From: Bacteroidia bacterium
GTDB taxonomy: Bacteria > Bacteroidota > Bacteroidia > JACCXN01
Direction: 5' to 3'
Assembly (NCBI GenBank): GCA_046299555.1
Contig: JBKBHS010000001.1
Location: 928,009 to 992,008, forward strand
DNA: 64,000 nucleotides
Shown here: piece after piece, positions 56,274-64,000 of the stretch
How the letters are laid out: every line of letters starts with the position of its first letter
How positions within the stretch are numbered: position 1 is the first letter of the stretch
Program-made: the position numbers and the translations under genes
Notes under the pieces: model-generated
Told to the model about the DNA's origin: nothing
What the model saw: the letters and a program-made list of their open reading frames with translations, nothing else
The model's database searches: none

Positions 56274-57923
56274 ATGGGTGGCGGCAAATTACCTCCTAGA
56301 CAGAAGATGATTGGTATGATGTACTTAGTACTTACCGCACTTCTGGCAATGAACGTTTCGAAAGATGTATTAAATGCATTTGTTGTAGTAAATACTTCGT
56401 TGGTTTCTACTAACCGAGTTCTTGATGAAAAAAACAATGCAACTATGGCTGACTTTGAGAAAGCCAATCAAAAAGATCCCGGGAAAGTAGGATTTTACTA
56501 CAATAAAGCGGTTGAAGCGCAAAAAATGTCAAAAGAAGTTACCGATTATATTGAGGCTTTAAAAGCTAATCTAATTATGATTACCGATAAAAAGCCTCAA
56601 GAAGCAGCAGATTCTTTAAAAGAAAAATTGCAATATGTTGATAGCAAAGACAATTATGATGAACCTACTCGCATCATGATTGGTGATGATGCTGCAAATC
56701 CTAAAGATGGAGAATTTACTGCTAAAGAATTGCGCGCTAAAATTGAAGGTCTAAGAGATGGATTAATAAAATTGTTCTCTCCTGAAGACAAATTCAGACC
56801 GGATGTAAGAAAGAATATTATTGAAAATATACAAAAATCCTTAACTCCACCTGAAAAGATAGTTATTGCAGCTGATGGTACTCAAGAACCTTGGGAGTTA
56901 GCAAACTTTTACCATTTACCTTTGGCAGCTGTAATTACAAACCTTTCAAAAATTCAAACTGATATTAGAAACATAGAAGCTGATGTAATTAGAGCTTTAA
57001 AAAGTGCAGTAACCGAGTTAGATTTTACATTTGACCAATTATCTGCTAAAGTAATTGCACCTTCAAGTTATATTTTAGCCGGTGATGAATACAAAGCAGA
57101 TGTTTTATTAGTTGCATCAAATTCAAGTTCAAAGCCTAAAATTATTGTTGGTGACATTGATACAACCGGTGGTCAAGTAACCATTAAACAAGAAAAAGGT
57201 GTGTTGGAGGTTGAAGGAGGCATGGGGAAATATTCTGTAAAAACTTCCGGTGAAGGTTTGCAAAAATGGGCTGGAGTAATCCAAGTTGAAAAACCGGGCG
57301 GAGGAGTTGATAATTATCCTTTCTTTGCAGAATATATGGTTGCTAAACCTGCTGCTGCGGTATCGCCAGATGCGATGAATGTATTTTACATAGGTATAGA
57401 TAATCCTGTTTCAGTTAGTGCAGCCGGTGTAGCTCCTGAAAACTTGGTAGTAACAATGAATGGTGGTACAATTACCGGTTCTAAAGGTAAATATACGGTT
57501 CGTGTATCTGGCGGAACAGAAGCTACCATAAACGTTGCAGCAAAAATGGGAGATAAAAATCAACCCATGGGAAGCTTTAAGTTTCGTGTTAAGCGTATTC
57601 CTGACCCGGTTGCAAAATTTAGTGGTAAAAAAGGTACTGCTAATATTTCTAAAAATGATTTATTAAGTGCTGCAGGTATCGTTGCTGAAATGGAGAACTT
57701 TGATTTTGACGTTAAAGTTGTTGTACAAAGTTTTGATATTTCAGCAAATATCGGTGGATTCTTAAGTACAAAATCTTCAAACAGTAATAAAGTTACTCCG
57801 GAACAAAAAGCAATGTTACAAACTGTTAAACCTGGTTCAAGAGTGTATATTGAAAATATTAAGGTGAAAATGCCTGATGGAACGGTAAGGGATATTGCTC
57901 CGGTAAATTTAAAAGTTAACTAA
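56274..57923 (+). CDS. gldM: gliding motility/T9SS protein GldM (PorM)
   Basis: MGGGKLPPRQKMIGMMYLVLTALLAMNVSKDVLNAF N-terminus characteristic of GldM; 549 aa. Confidence 0.9.
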   Translation: MGGGKLPPRQKMIGMMYLVLTALLAMNVSKDVLNAFVVVNTSLVSTNRVLDEKNNATMADFEKANQKDPGKVGFYYNKAVEAQKMSKEVTDYIEALKANLIMITDKKPQEAADSLKEKLQYVDSKDNYDEPTRIMIGDDAANPKDGEFTAKELRAKIEGLRDGLIKLFSPEDKFRPDVRKNIIENIQKSLTPPEKIVIAADGTQEPWELANFYHLPLAAVITNLSKIQTDIRNIEADVIRALKSAVTELDFTFDQLSAKVIAPSSYILAGDEYKADVLLVASNSSSKPKIIVGDIDTTGGQVTIKQEKGVLEVEGGMGKYSVKTSGEGLQKWAGVIQVEKPGGGVDNYPFFAEYMVAKPAAAVSPDAMNVFYIGIDNPVSVSAAGVAPENLVVTMNGGTITGSKGKYTVRVSGGTEATINVAAKMGDKNQPMGSFKFRVKRIPDPVAKFSGKKGTANISKNDLLSAAGIVAEMENFDFDVKVVVQSFDISANIGGFLSTKSSNSNKVTPEQKAMLQTVKPGSRVYIENIKVKMPDGTVRDIAPVNLKVN

Positions 57924-57942
57924 TTTTTTAAACTTTGAGTGT

Positions 57943-58782
57943 ATGAAAAAGCTTGGGTTAGTATTCTTTAGTGCAATGTTGCTATTTCAATTTAGCAATA
58001 TCTTTGCACAGAATGTATTAGATGGGTTATATGTTCCTCAACATACACCTGATCGTAAAGTAATACCTTACAGCCCATTAAGAAATGCAGATGTAATGTG
58101 GCAAAAGCGTATTTGGAGAGTAATTGATTTAAGAGAAAAAATCAATCATCCTTTATATTATCCAACTCAGCCTACAAACAATAGAAAGGCTATGTATGAA
58201 TGGATAAAAGATGCTTTAGTTGTTGATGGAACTTTAGTAGCTTTTTCAGACAATTTTGATGATTTTAAAGTTCAGTTAACTAGAGCTGAAGTAATGCAGG
58301 TTATCGAAAAACCAGTCGAAAAAACGCAAGAAGACCCAGATAATCCTGGAACATATTATCAAGTGTTTGATACCATTCGTGTAGAGGCAAGGCAATTAGC
58401 ATCATACATGCTTAAAGAAGACTGGTTTTTTGAAAAACAACGTTCCGTAATGGATGTGAGAATTTTAGGAATCGCGCCTATAATAAACGTGTTTGATGAA
58501 GAAGGTGCTTTAAAAGGTAAACAACGTTTATTTTGGTTATATTATCCATTCTGTAGAGAGTTGTTTGCAAAAGCTGAAACTTTTAATCGTTTTAACGATG
58601 CTGAAAGAAGAACAATAGAAGACATAATTTGGAAAAGAATGTTTTCAAGCTACATTTTTAAAGAATCAAATGTGTATGATCGTCAGATTGATGAGTACAT
58701 GGCAGGAATGGATATACTTTTAGAAGGCGAGAAAATTAAAGAAGACATATTTAGTTTTGAACAAGATATGTGGCATTACTAA
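57943..58782 (+). CDS. gldN: gliding motility/T9SS protein GldN (PorN)
   Basis: 279 aa; signal peptide; last gene of porP-gldKLMN cluster. Confidence 0.85.
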   Translation: MKKLGLVFFSAMLLFQFSNIFAQNVLDGLYVPQHTPDRKVIPYSPLRNADVMWQKRIWRVIDLREKINHPLYYPTQPTNNRKAMYEWIKDALVVDGTLVAFSDNFDDFKVQLTRAEVMQVIEKPVEKTQEDPDNPGTYYQVFDTIRVEARQLASYMLKEDWFFEKQRSVMDVRILGIAPIINVFDEEGALKGKQRLFWLYYPFCRELFAKAETFNRFNDAERRTIEDIIWKRMFSSYIFKESNVYDRQIDEYMAGMDILLEGEKIKEDIFSFEQDMWHY

Positions 58783-58805
58783 CCTATTGCAAATAATTTT
58801 AAAAA

Positions 58806-58832
58806 AGGCAGCCAATTTGGCTGCCTTTTTTA
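58806..58832 (+). terminator. rho-independent terminator after gldN
   Basis: aggcagccaa-t-ttggctgcct hairpin + TTTTTT. Confidence 0.85.
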
Positions 58833-58929
58833 GTGGCCTTTTTTTGAACAAAAAACAAAGTGATAAAACTTTATTTGTCCGCTTAAATCAACTATTTTTG
58901 CAAACTTCATATTATTTATACAAAAAAGC

Positions 58930-61900
58930 ATGATTAATTCAATCCTAAAAAAAATTTTTGGCTCAAAGTCAGAAAGAGACTTAAAAGAAATAAATCCTTA
59001 TATACAAAAAATCAAAGAAATATATCCTACAATAGAAAGATTAAGCAATGATGAATTAAGAGCCAAAACATCGGAGCTTAGAAAAAAAATAGCTGATTTT
59101 ATAAATCCCGAGCAATCAGAAATAAACGAAATAAAGAAAAAAATTGAGTTAAGCCAAAATCCGGCCGAGACAGAAAATTTATATTCCAAAATTGATGAAA
59201 TAGAAAAAAATATTACTAAAAAGATTGAAGAAAAATTAAACGATATACTTCCTGAGGCTTTCGCAATTGTTAAAGAAACTGCCAAACGTTTTGCACAGCA
59301 TGATGAGATTGAAGTTACTGCTACGGAATATGATAAATATTTAGCCACTAAAAAATCTCATATTCGAATAGATGGAGATAAAGCTTATTGGGCAAATACA
59401 TGGATTGCTGCTGATAATCCTGTTAAATGGGATATGGTACATTATGATGTACAGCTAATTGGCGGGGTAGTTTTACACCAAGGTAAAATTGCTGAAATGG
59501 CTACCGGTGAAGGAAAAACATTGGTAGCAACTTTACCTGTTTTTTTAAATGCCTTACCCGGCAGAGGAGTGCATGTAGTTACTGTAAACAACTACTTAGC
59601 AAAACGTGACTCCGAGTGGATGGGACCTTTATATGAATTTCATGGATTAACGGTTGATTGCATAGATAAACATGAACCAAATTCAGAAGCACGAAGAAAT
59701 GCCTACTTGGCTGATATAACCTATGGCACAAATAATGAATTTGGCTTTGATTATTTAAGAGATAATATGGCGCGTCATCCACAAGATTTAGTTCAGCGTA
59801 AATTGAATTTTGCCATTGTAGACGAGGTTGACTCAGTTTTAATTGACGATGCAAGAACACCATTAATTATTTCCGGTCCTACACAGCAAGAAGATCGTCA
59901 TGAATTTAATGAATTAAAACCTAAAGTAGAAAAGTTAGTTAATGCTCAAAAAAGTTTTGTAAATATATGCTTAGCGGATGCTAAAAAACATATAGCAGCT
60001 AACAATGAAAAAGAAGGAGGACTTGCACTTTTACGAGCCTATAGAGGATTGCCCAAAAACAAAGCATTAATAAAATATTTAAGCGAACCCGGAATAAAGC
60101 AATTATTGCAAAAAACTGAAGGGTATTACATGCAAGATCAAAATAAAGAAATGCACAAAGTAGATGCAGAACTTTATTTTGTAATTGATGAAAGAAATAA
60201 TAGTATTGAATTAACCGAGAAAGGTATTGATTTAATAACTGGAGCTACCGATGATCCAAAGTTTTTCGTATTGCCGGATGTAGGATCGGAAATAGCCGAA
60301 ATCGAAAAATCAAATTTAACCGCACAAGAAAAGCTTCAACGTAAAGAAGCATTAATGCGTGATTTTTCAATCAAATCAGAAAGAATTCATACCATTAATC
60401 AATTACTAAGAGCATATACACTTTATGAACGAGATGTTGAATATGTATTAATGGATGGCAAGGTAAAAATTGTAGATGAACAAACAGGCCGTATTTTAGA
60501 AGGAAGAAGATATTCTGATGGATTACATCAGGCTATTGAAGCAAAAGAAAATGTTAGAATTGAAGCTTCAACACAAACCTATGCTACCATTACCTTACAA
60601 AACTATTTCCGAATGTATAATAAATTGGCGGGAATGACTGGTACAGCAGAAACAGAAGCCGGTGAATTTTGGGATATATATAAATTAGATGTAGTTGTAA
60701 TACCCACCAATAAACCAATTGCAAGAAAAGATAAAGAAGATTTAGTTTATAAAACAAAACGCGAAAAATATAATGCCGTAATAGAAGAAATTGAAAGGCT
60801 TAATAAAGAGGGAAGACCTGTACTCGTTGGTACAACATCGGTTGAAATATCAGAGTTGCTAAGTCGTATGCTTAAAATGAAAAATATTAAGCATAATGTG
60901 TTAAATGCCAAATTGCACCAAAAAGAAGCAGAAATAGTTGCAGAAGCAGGTAAAAAAGGTGCAGTAACTATTGCTACCAACATGGCGGGACGTGGAACAG
61001 ATATTAAACTTACTCCTGAAACAAAAGAATTAGGTGGATTGGCTATAATTGGTACAGAACGTCATGAATCAAGACGCGTAGATCGTCAGTTGCGTGGTAG
61101 AGCCGGCCGCCAAGGAGATCCCGGAACATCACAATTTTTTGTATCGCTCGAAGATGATTTAATGCGATTATTTGGTTCGGATAGAATTGCCAAATTAATG
61201 GATAGAATGGGATTAGAAGAAGGTGAAGTTATTCAGCATTCTATGATTACCAAGTCTATCGAAAGAGCTCAAAAAAAAGTTGAAGAAAATAACTTTGGTA
61301 TTCGTAAACGTTTATTGGAATATGATGACGTAATGAACTCACAGCGCGAGGTGATATATACTAAACGCAGACACGCATTATTTGGAGAGCGTTTAGATGT
61401 GGATATAAACAATATGATTTACGATGTATGTGAGCATATCGTTTCACAATTTCAAGAAGAAAGAGATTATGAGGGATTTAAATTAGAATTAATCAAAGTA
61501 TTTGCTGTTGAAACATCAATTTCAGAACAAGATTTTTTAAAGAAAGATATTTCTGAGCTTACTAATAATCTACATGATTTCGTAATGCAACAATATCAAT
61601 CTAAATCTGCATATATAGCTCAGAATATTTTCCCTGTAATTAAAAATGTGTTCGAAACGCAGGGGCATATGTACGAAAACATCTTAATACCTTTTACAGA
61701 TGGCTTTAAAGGATTGCAGATTTCTTGTAATTTAAAAAGAGCCTACGAAACAGAAGGAAGAGAAGCCGTTAAAACGCTTGAAAAAACAGTTATTTTAATG
61801 CATATTGATGATGCTTGGAAAGAGCATTTAAGAGAAATGGATGATTTAAAACAATCTGTTCAAAATGCAGTATATGAACAAAAAGATCCATTGTTGATTT

Positions 61901-62226
61901 ATAAGTTTGAATCGTTTGAACTATTTAAACAAGTATTACAAAAAATTAATAAAGAATCTGTAACATTCTTATTTAAAGCTTCATTACCGGTTGGGAATAC
62001 AGCTCAAACAGCTCAAGCACAACAAGCACCTAAAGTACAACCTAAAGTAAATTTCCAAACAAGTCGCAGCGAAACTCCTAAGTTTTCTCAAGGGCATACT
62101 ACTAATGGGGAAGAAAAGGCAAAACCACAACCTGTAAGAGTAGAACAAAAAATTGGTCGCAATGACCCTTGTCCCTGTGGCAGCGGGAAAAAATATAAAC
62201 AATGTCACGGTAAAGATGCATTATAG
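58930..62226 (+). CDS. secA: preprotein translocase ATPase SecA
   Basis: 1098 aa; [20 protein letters not shown]; DEAD-like motor; C-terminal zinc finger [14 protein letters not shown]. Confidence 0.95.
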   Translation: MINSILKKIFGSKSERDLKEINPYIQKIKEIYPTIERLSNDELRAKTSELRKKIADFINPEQSEINEIKKKIELSQNPAETENLYSKIDEIEKNITKKIEEKLNDILPEAFAIVKETAKRFAQHDEIEVTATEYDKYLATKKSHIRIDGDKAYWANTWIAADNPVKWDMVHYDVQLIGGVVLHQGKIAEMATGEGKTLVATLPVFLNALPGRGVHVVTVNNYLAKRDSEWMGPLYEFHGLTVDCIDKHEPNSEARRNAYLADITYGTNNEFGFDYLRDNMARHPQDLVQRKLNFAIVDEVDSVLIDDARTPLIISGPTQQEDRHEFNELKPKVEKLVNAQKSFVNICLADAKKHIAANNEKEGGLALLRAYRGLPKNKALIKYLSEPGIKQLLQKTEGYYMQDQNKEMHKVDAELYFVIDERNNSIELTEKGIDLITGATDDPKFFVLPDVGSEIAEIEKSNLTAQEKLQRKEALMRDFSIKSERIHTINQLLRAYTLYERDVEYVLMDGKVKIVDEQTGRILEGRRYSDGLHQAIEAKENVRIEASTQTYATITLQNYFRMYNKLAGMTGTAETEAGEFWDIYKLDVVVIPTNKPIARKDKEDLVYKTKREKYNAVIEEIERLNKEGRPVLVGTTSVEISELLSRMLKMKNIKHNVLNAKLHQKEAEIVAEAGKKGAVTIATNMAGRGTDIKLTPETKELGGLAIIGTERHESRRVDRQLRGRAGRQGDPGTSQFFVSLEDDLMRLFGSDRIAKLMDRMGLEEGEVIQHSMITKSIERAQKKVEENNFGIRKRLLEYDDVMNSQREVIYTKRRHALFGERLDVDINNMIYDVCEHIVSQFQEERDYEGFKLELIKVFAVETSISEQDFLKKDISELTNNLHDFVMQQYQSKSAYIAQNIFPVIKNVFETQGHMYENILIPFTDGFKGLQISCNLKRAYETEGREAVKTLEKTVILMHIDDAWKEHLREMDDLKQSVQNAVYEQKDPLLIYKFESFELFKQVLQKINKESVTFLFKASLPVGNTAQTAQAQQAPKVQPKVNFQTSRSETPKFSQGHTTNGEEKAKPQPVRVEQKIGRNDPCPCGSGKKYKQCHGKDAL

Positions 62227-62255
62227 AAAAAGCCCCGTTTTTCGGGGCTTTTTCT
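62227..62255. terminator. bidirectional rho-independent terminator (secA / convergent minus-strand gene)
   Basis: aaaaagccccg-ttttt-cggggcttttt; stop codon of minus-strand ORF at 62254-62256. Confidence 0.85.
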
Positions 62256-62976
62256 ATTGTAAACTAATTTGTATTCCCACAATTAATCTTGGAAGTTCAG
62301 GATATGCAGCAATTTTTCCATTAAAAAGATTTGATATGCGATAGTTGCCAAAAAATACTAAGCGATTAAACCCTAAACGAGCATTGGCACCATAATTAAA
62401 ATCACTAACATAAATTAAACCTTTATTAGTAACAGTAGTATTGCTTGCATTGGCATTGTTGGCAACTGTAAAATTATCATAAAAATTATGCGAAGCGCCA
62501 ACTACCCAGGTCCCATATCCTCCAATATCTATAAAATTGCCTGTTCTACTTCCTCTTTTCCCGAAATTAAAACGATTATATAAGCTAATTCCTAATTCGT
62601 TGGTTCGAAAATTTTCACGAACATGTAAAAAAGAATTTGGAAAAATTTTAAAAGAATCTTGTTTAATACTAAAAGTACTAACGGTATAAAATAACTCATA
62701 TCCTACTGCGTAAAAATTGGATAGTTTTCTTTTATATCTTAAACCGATATTCCAAGCACCGGATTTCCCATAGTTTATTGCTGCACCGGCACCTTCAGTA
62801 GCACCAAGTATTAAACCATAACCCATAAAAGCATGTAAAAAAGATTTTTGATTGGGTCCTTTCTTATCATCTTCTAATCTCTGAGGAACAGTTTCTTCAA
62901 AAACCGGATTTTGTGCCATTAAAAAGCTTGAAACGCTTATTGAAATTAAAAGGATAATTGATTTAAATTTATTCAT
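62254..62976 (-). CDS. hypothetical outer-membrane beta-barrel protein
   Basis: 240 aa; signal peptide; alternating beta-strand pattern. Confidence 0.55.
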   Translation of the reverse strand: MNKFKSIILLISISVSSFLMAQNPVFEETVPQRLEDDKKGPNQKSFLHAFMGYGLILGATEGAGAAINYGKSGAWNIGLRYKRKLSNFYAVGYELFYTVSTFSIKQDSFKIFPNSFLHVRENFRTNELGISLYNRFNFGKRGSRTGNFIDIGGYGTWVVGASHNFYDNFTVANNANASNTTVTNKGLIYVSDFNYGANARLGFNRLVFFGNYRISNLFNGKIAAYPELPRLIVGIQISLQ

Positions 62977-62988
62977 AAATATTCGGTG

Positions 62989-64000
62989 TTAGTTAACTTG
63001 TGTGCTATAAGTATATCCTTTAAAATGAAATCGAATAGTGCTGCCTTTACTGTAATCTTTTTTATAAAGTTGTAAAATATTTTCGTTTTCTACATTTATA
63101 ACGGCATATTTTTCAAGATGTCCGTTTGTATTTTCTATGTGATAATAAAAGTATTCTTTAGTATAAGGCTTATCAGGAGCCACTTTCGTGAATTCCGGTT
63201 TTAAGTATACGTTTATATATGGTCCATCATCAATTACTTTAAATGTTGCTTCAATAGTAGATTTTCCATTATTAATAAAATAATTCGCCTGAGGAATGCC
63301 ATATCCATGAACATAATCGAAATATGGATATAAAGTTGATGAACGTTCTATCTCCTGAAATAATTCCATGTTTTTTAAATTGGGTTTAGCTTGTAATGCA
63401 CAAGCTGCAAACCCTGCTACTAAAGGCGATGCAAACGATGTGCCTTGTGTTTTAGTAAAACCGTTTTTACTCTCTGCAATTACATAGCCATAAGCTGAAA
63501 CATTTGGTTTTAAACGTTTATCAGCAGTTGGTCCGTAAGAACTAAATACGGCATGCAAATCTGTTTTTGGGTCTATTGCTCCTACGCTTAATACACTATC
63601 GGCATCAGCCGGTGTTCCAATGTATTTCCATTTGCTGTTTCCTTCGTTTCCGGCCGCATTAACTACCAATATGCCTTTAGAAGCTGCCATGTTTGCTGCA
63701 CGGGCAACAAAACTTTTTTTACCATCCATATCGCTTACAAAATAGCGATGATGAGTATATCCTAGAGAACTATTTATGATGTGGGCTCCATGTTTATCAG
63801 CCCATTCTGCTGCAGCCAGCCAATTTTCTTCTTCTGAAAATGGTTCTCTCCAGCCAATTTCCGTGCGAGCTAATAAAAATTCTGCATCAGTAGCCAAGCC
63901 TAGTTTTTTGCCTTCAAACATTCCTGCAATACATGAAAGCACGTTTGTTCCATGTGCTGCATAAGCGTAAACAAATTCTTTATTTCTAACAAAGTCAAAG
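62989..64000 (-). CDS. S8 family (subtilisin-like) serine peptidase, 5' end beyond window
   Basis: Ser motif GTSFASPLVAG; in-frame translation beyond the ORF-track GTG start gives ...AAHGTNVLSCIAG (His motif); track ORF 62989-63942 is a truncated view. Confidence 0.8.
   Translation of the reverse strand, partial: FDFVRNKEFVYAYAAHGTNVLSCIAGMFEGKKLGLATDAEFLLARTEIGWREPFSEEENWLAAAEWADKHGAHIINSSLGYTHHRYFVSDMDGKKSFVARAANMAASKGILVVNAAGNEGNSKWKYIGTPADADSVLSVGAIDPKTDLHAVFSSYGPTADKRLKPNVSAYGYVIAESKNGFTKTQGTSFASPLVAGFAACALQAKPNLKNMELFQEIERSSTLYPYFDYVHGYGIPQANYFINNGKSTIEATFKVIDDGPYINVYLKPEFTKVAPDKPYTKEYFYYHIENTNGHLEKYAVINVENENILQLYKKDYSKGSTIRFHFKGYTYSTQVN

Overview
AT-rich Bacteroidota chromosomal window. 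A 16S-type signature (GGGTGCGTAGG) suggests a Sphingobacteriia/Cytophagia/Chitinophagia-like lineage rather than Flavobacteriia; this is tentative. Most of the window is core housekeeping and type IX secretion (T9SS) genes.

Main content, in order:
- A minus-strand operon encoding a 1528-aa T9SS type-B CTD adhesin-like protein, followed by an OmpA/TPR/beta-propeller protein, a PorP/SprF-like protein and a GH18 chitinase with a type-A CTD.
- A complete rRNA operon (16S, tRNA-Ile, tRNA-Ala, 23S, 5S) preceded by four tandem Bacteroidetes-type promoters.
- An accessory-looking stretch (22-41 kb): a putative porin, an AI-2E transporter, T9SS cargo proteins with PPC-like domains, a DUF433/DUF5615 toxin-antitoxin pair with a nonsense-mutated toxin, MFS/LutA/SDR genes, tilS, and a PAS-PP2C phosphatase / J-domain / HisKA_2 kinase trio.
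- groES-groEL, secG, an LptE-like gene, a sigma-54 activator, miaB and topA.
- The core T9SS motor cluster porP-gldK-gldL-gldM-gldN followed by secA.
- An S8 peptidase that runs off the window end.

The most unusual non-genic signal is a family of modular, degenerate dispersed intergenic repeats. Each copy combines 'gagattgatagaaa / gattaattgaaatt' units, a 'tgattcatttacacatttaca' module, a 'ctaatggctaatggct...actaaataactaaaaaa' module, and stuttering 6-8-bp imperfect microsatellite cores. At least six loci carry copies, and two of them bracket the TA cassette.

No CRISPR array, IS/transposase or integrase was seen.
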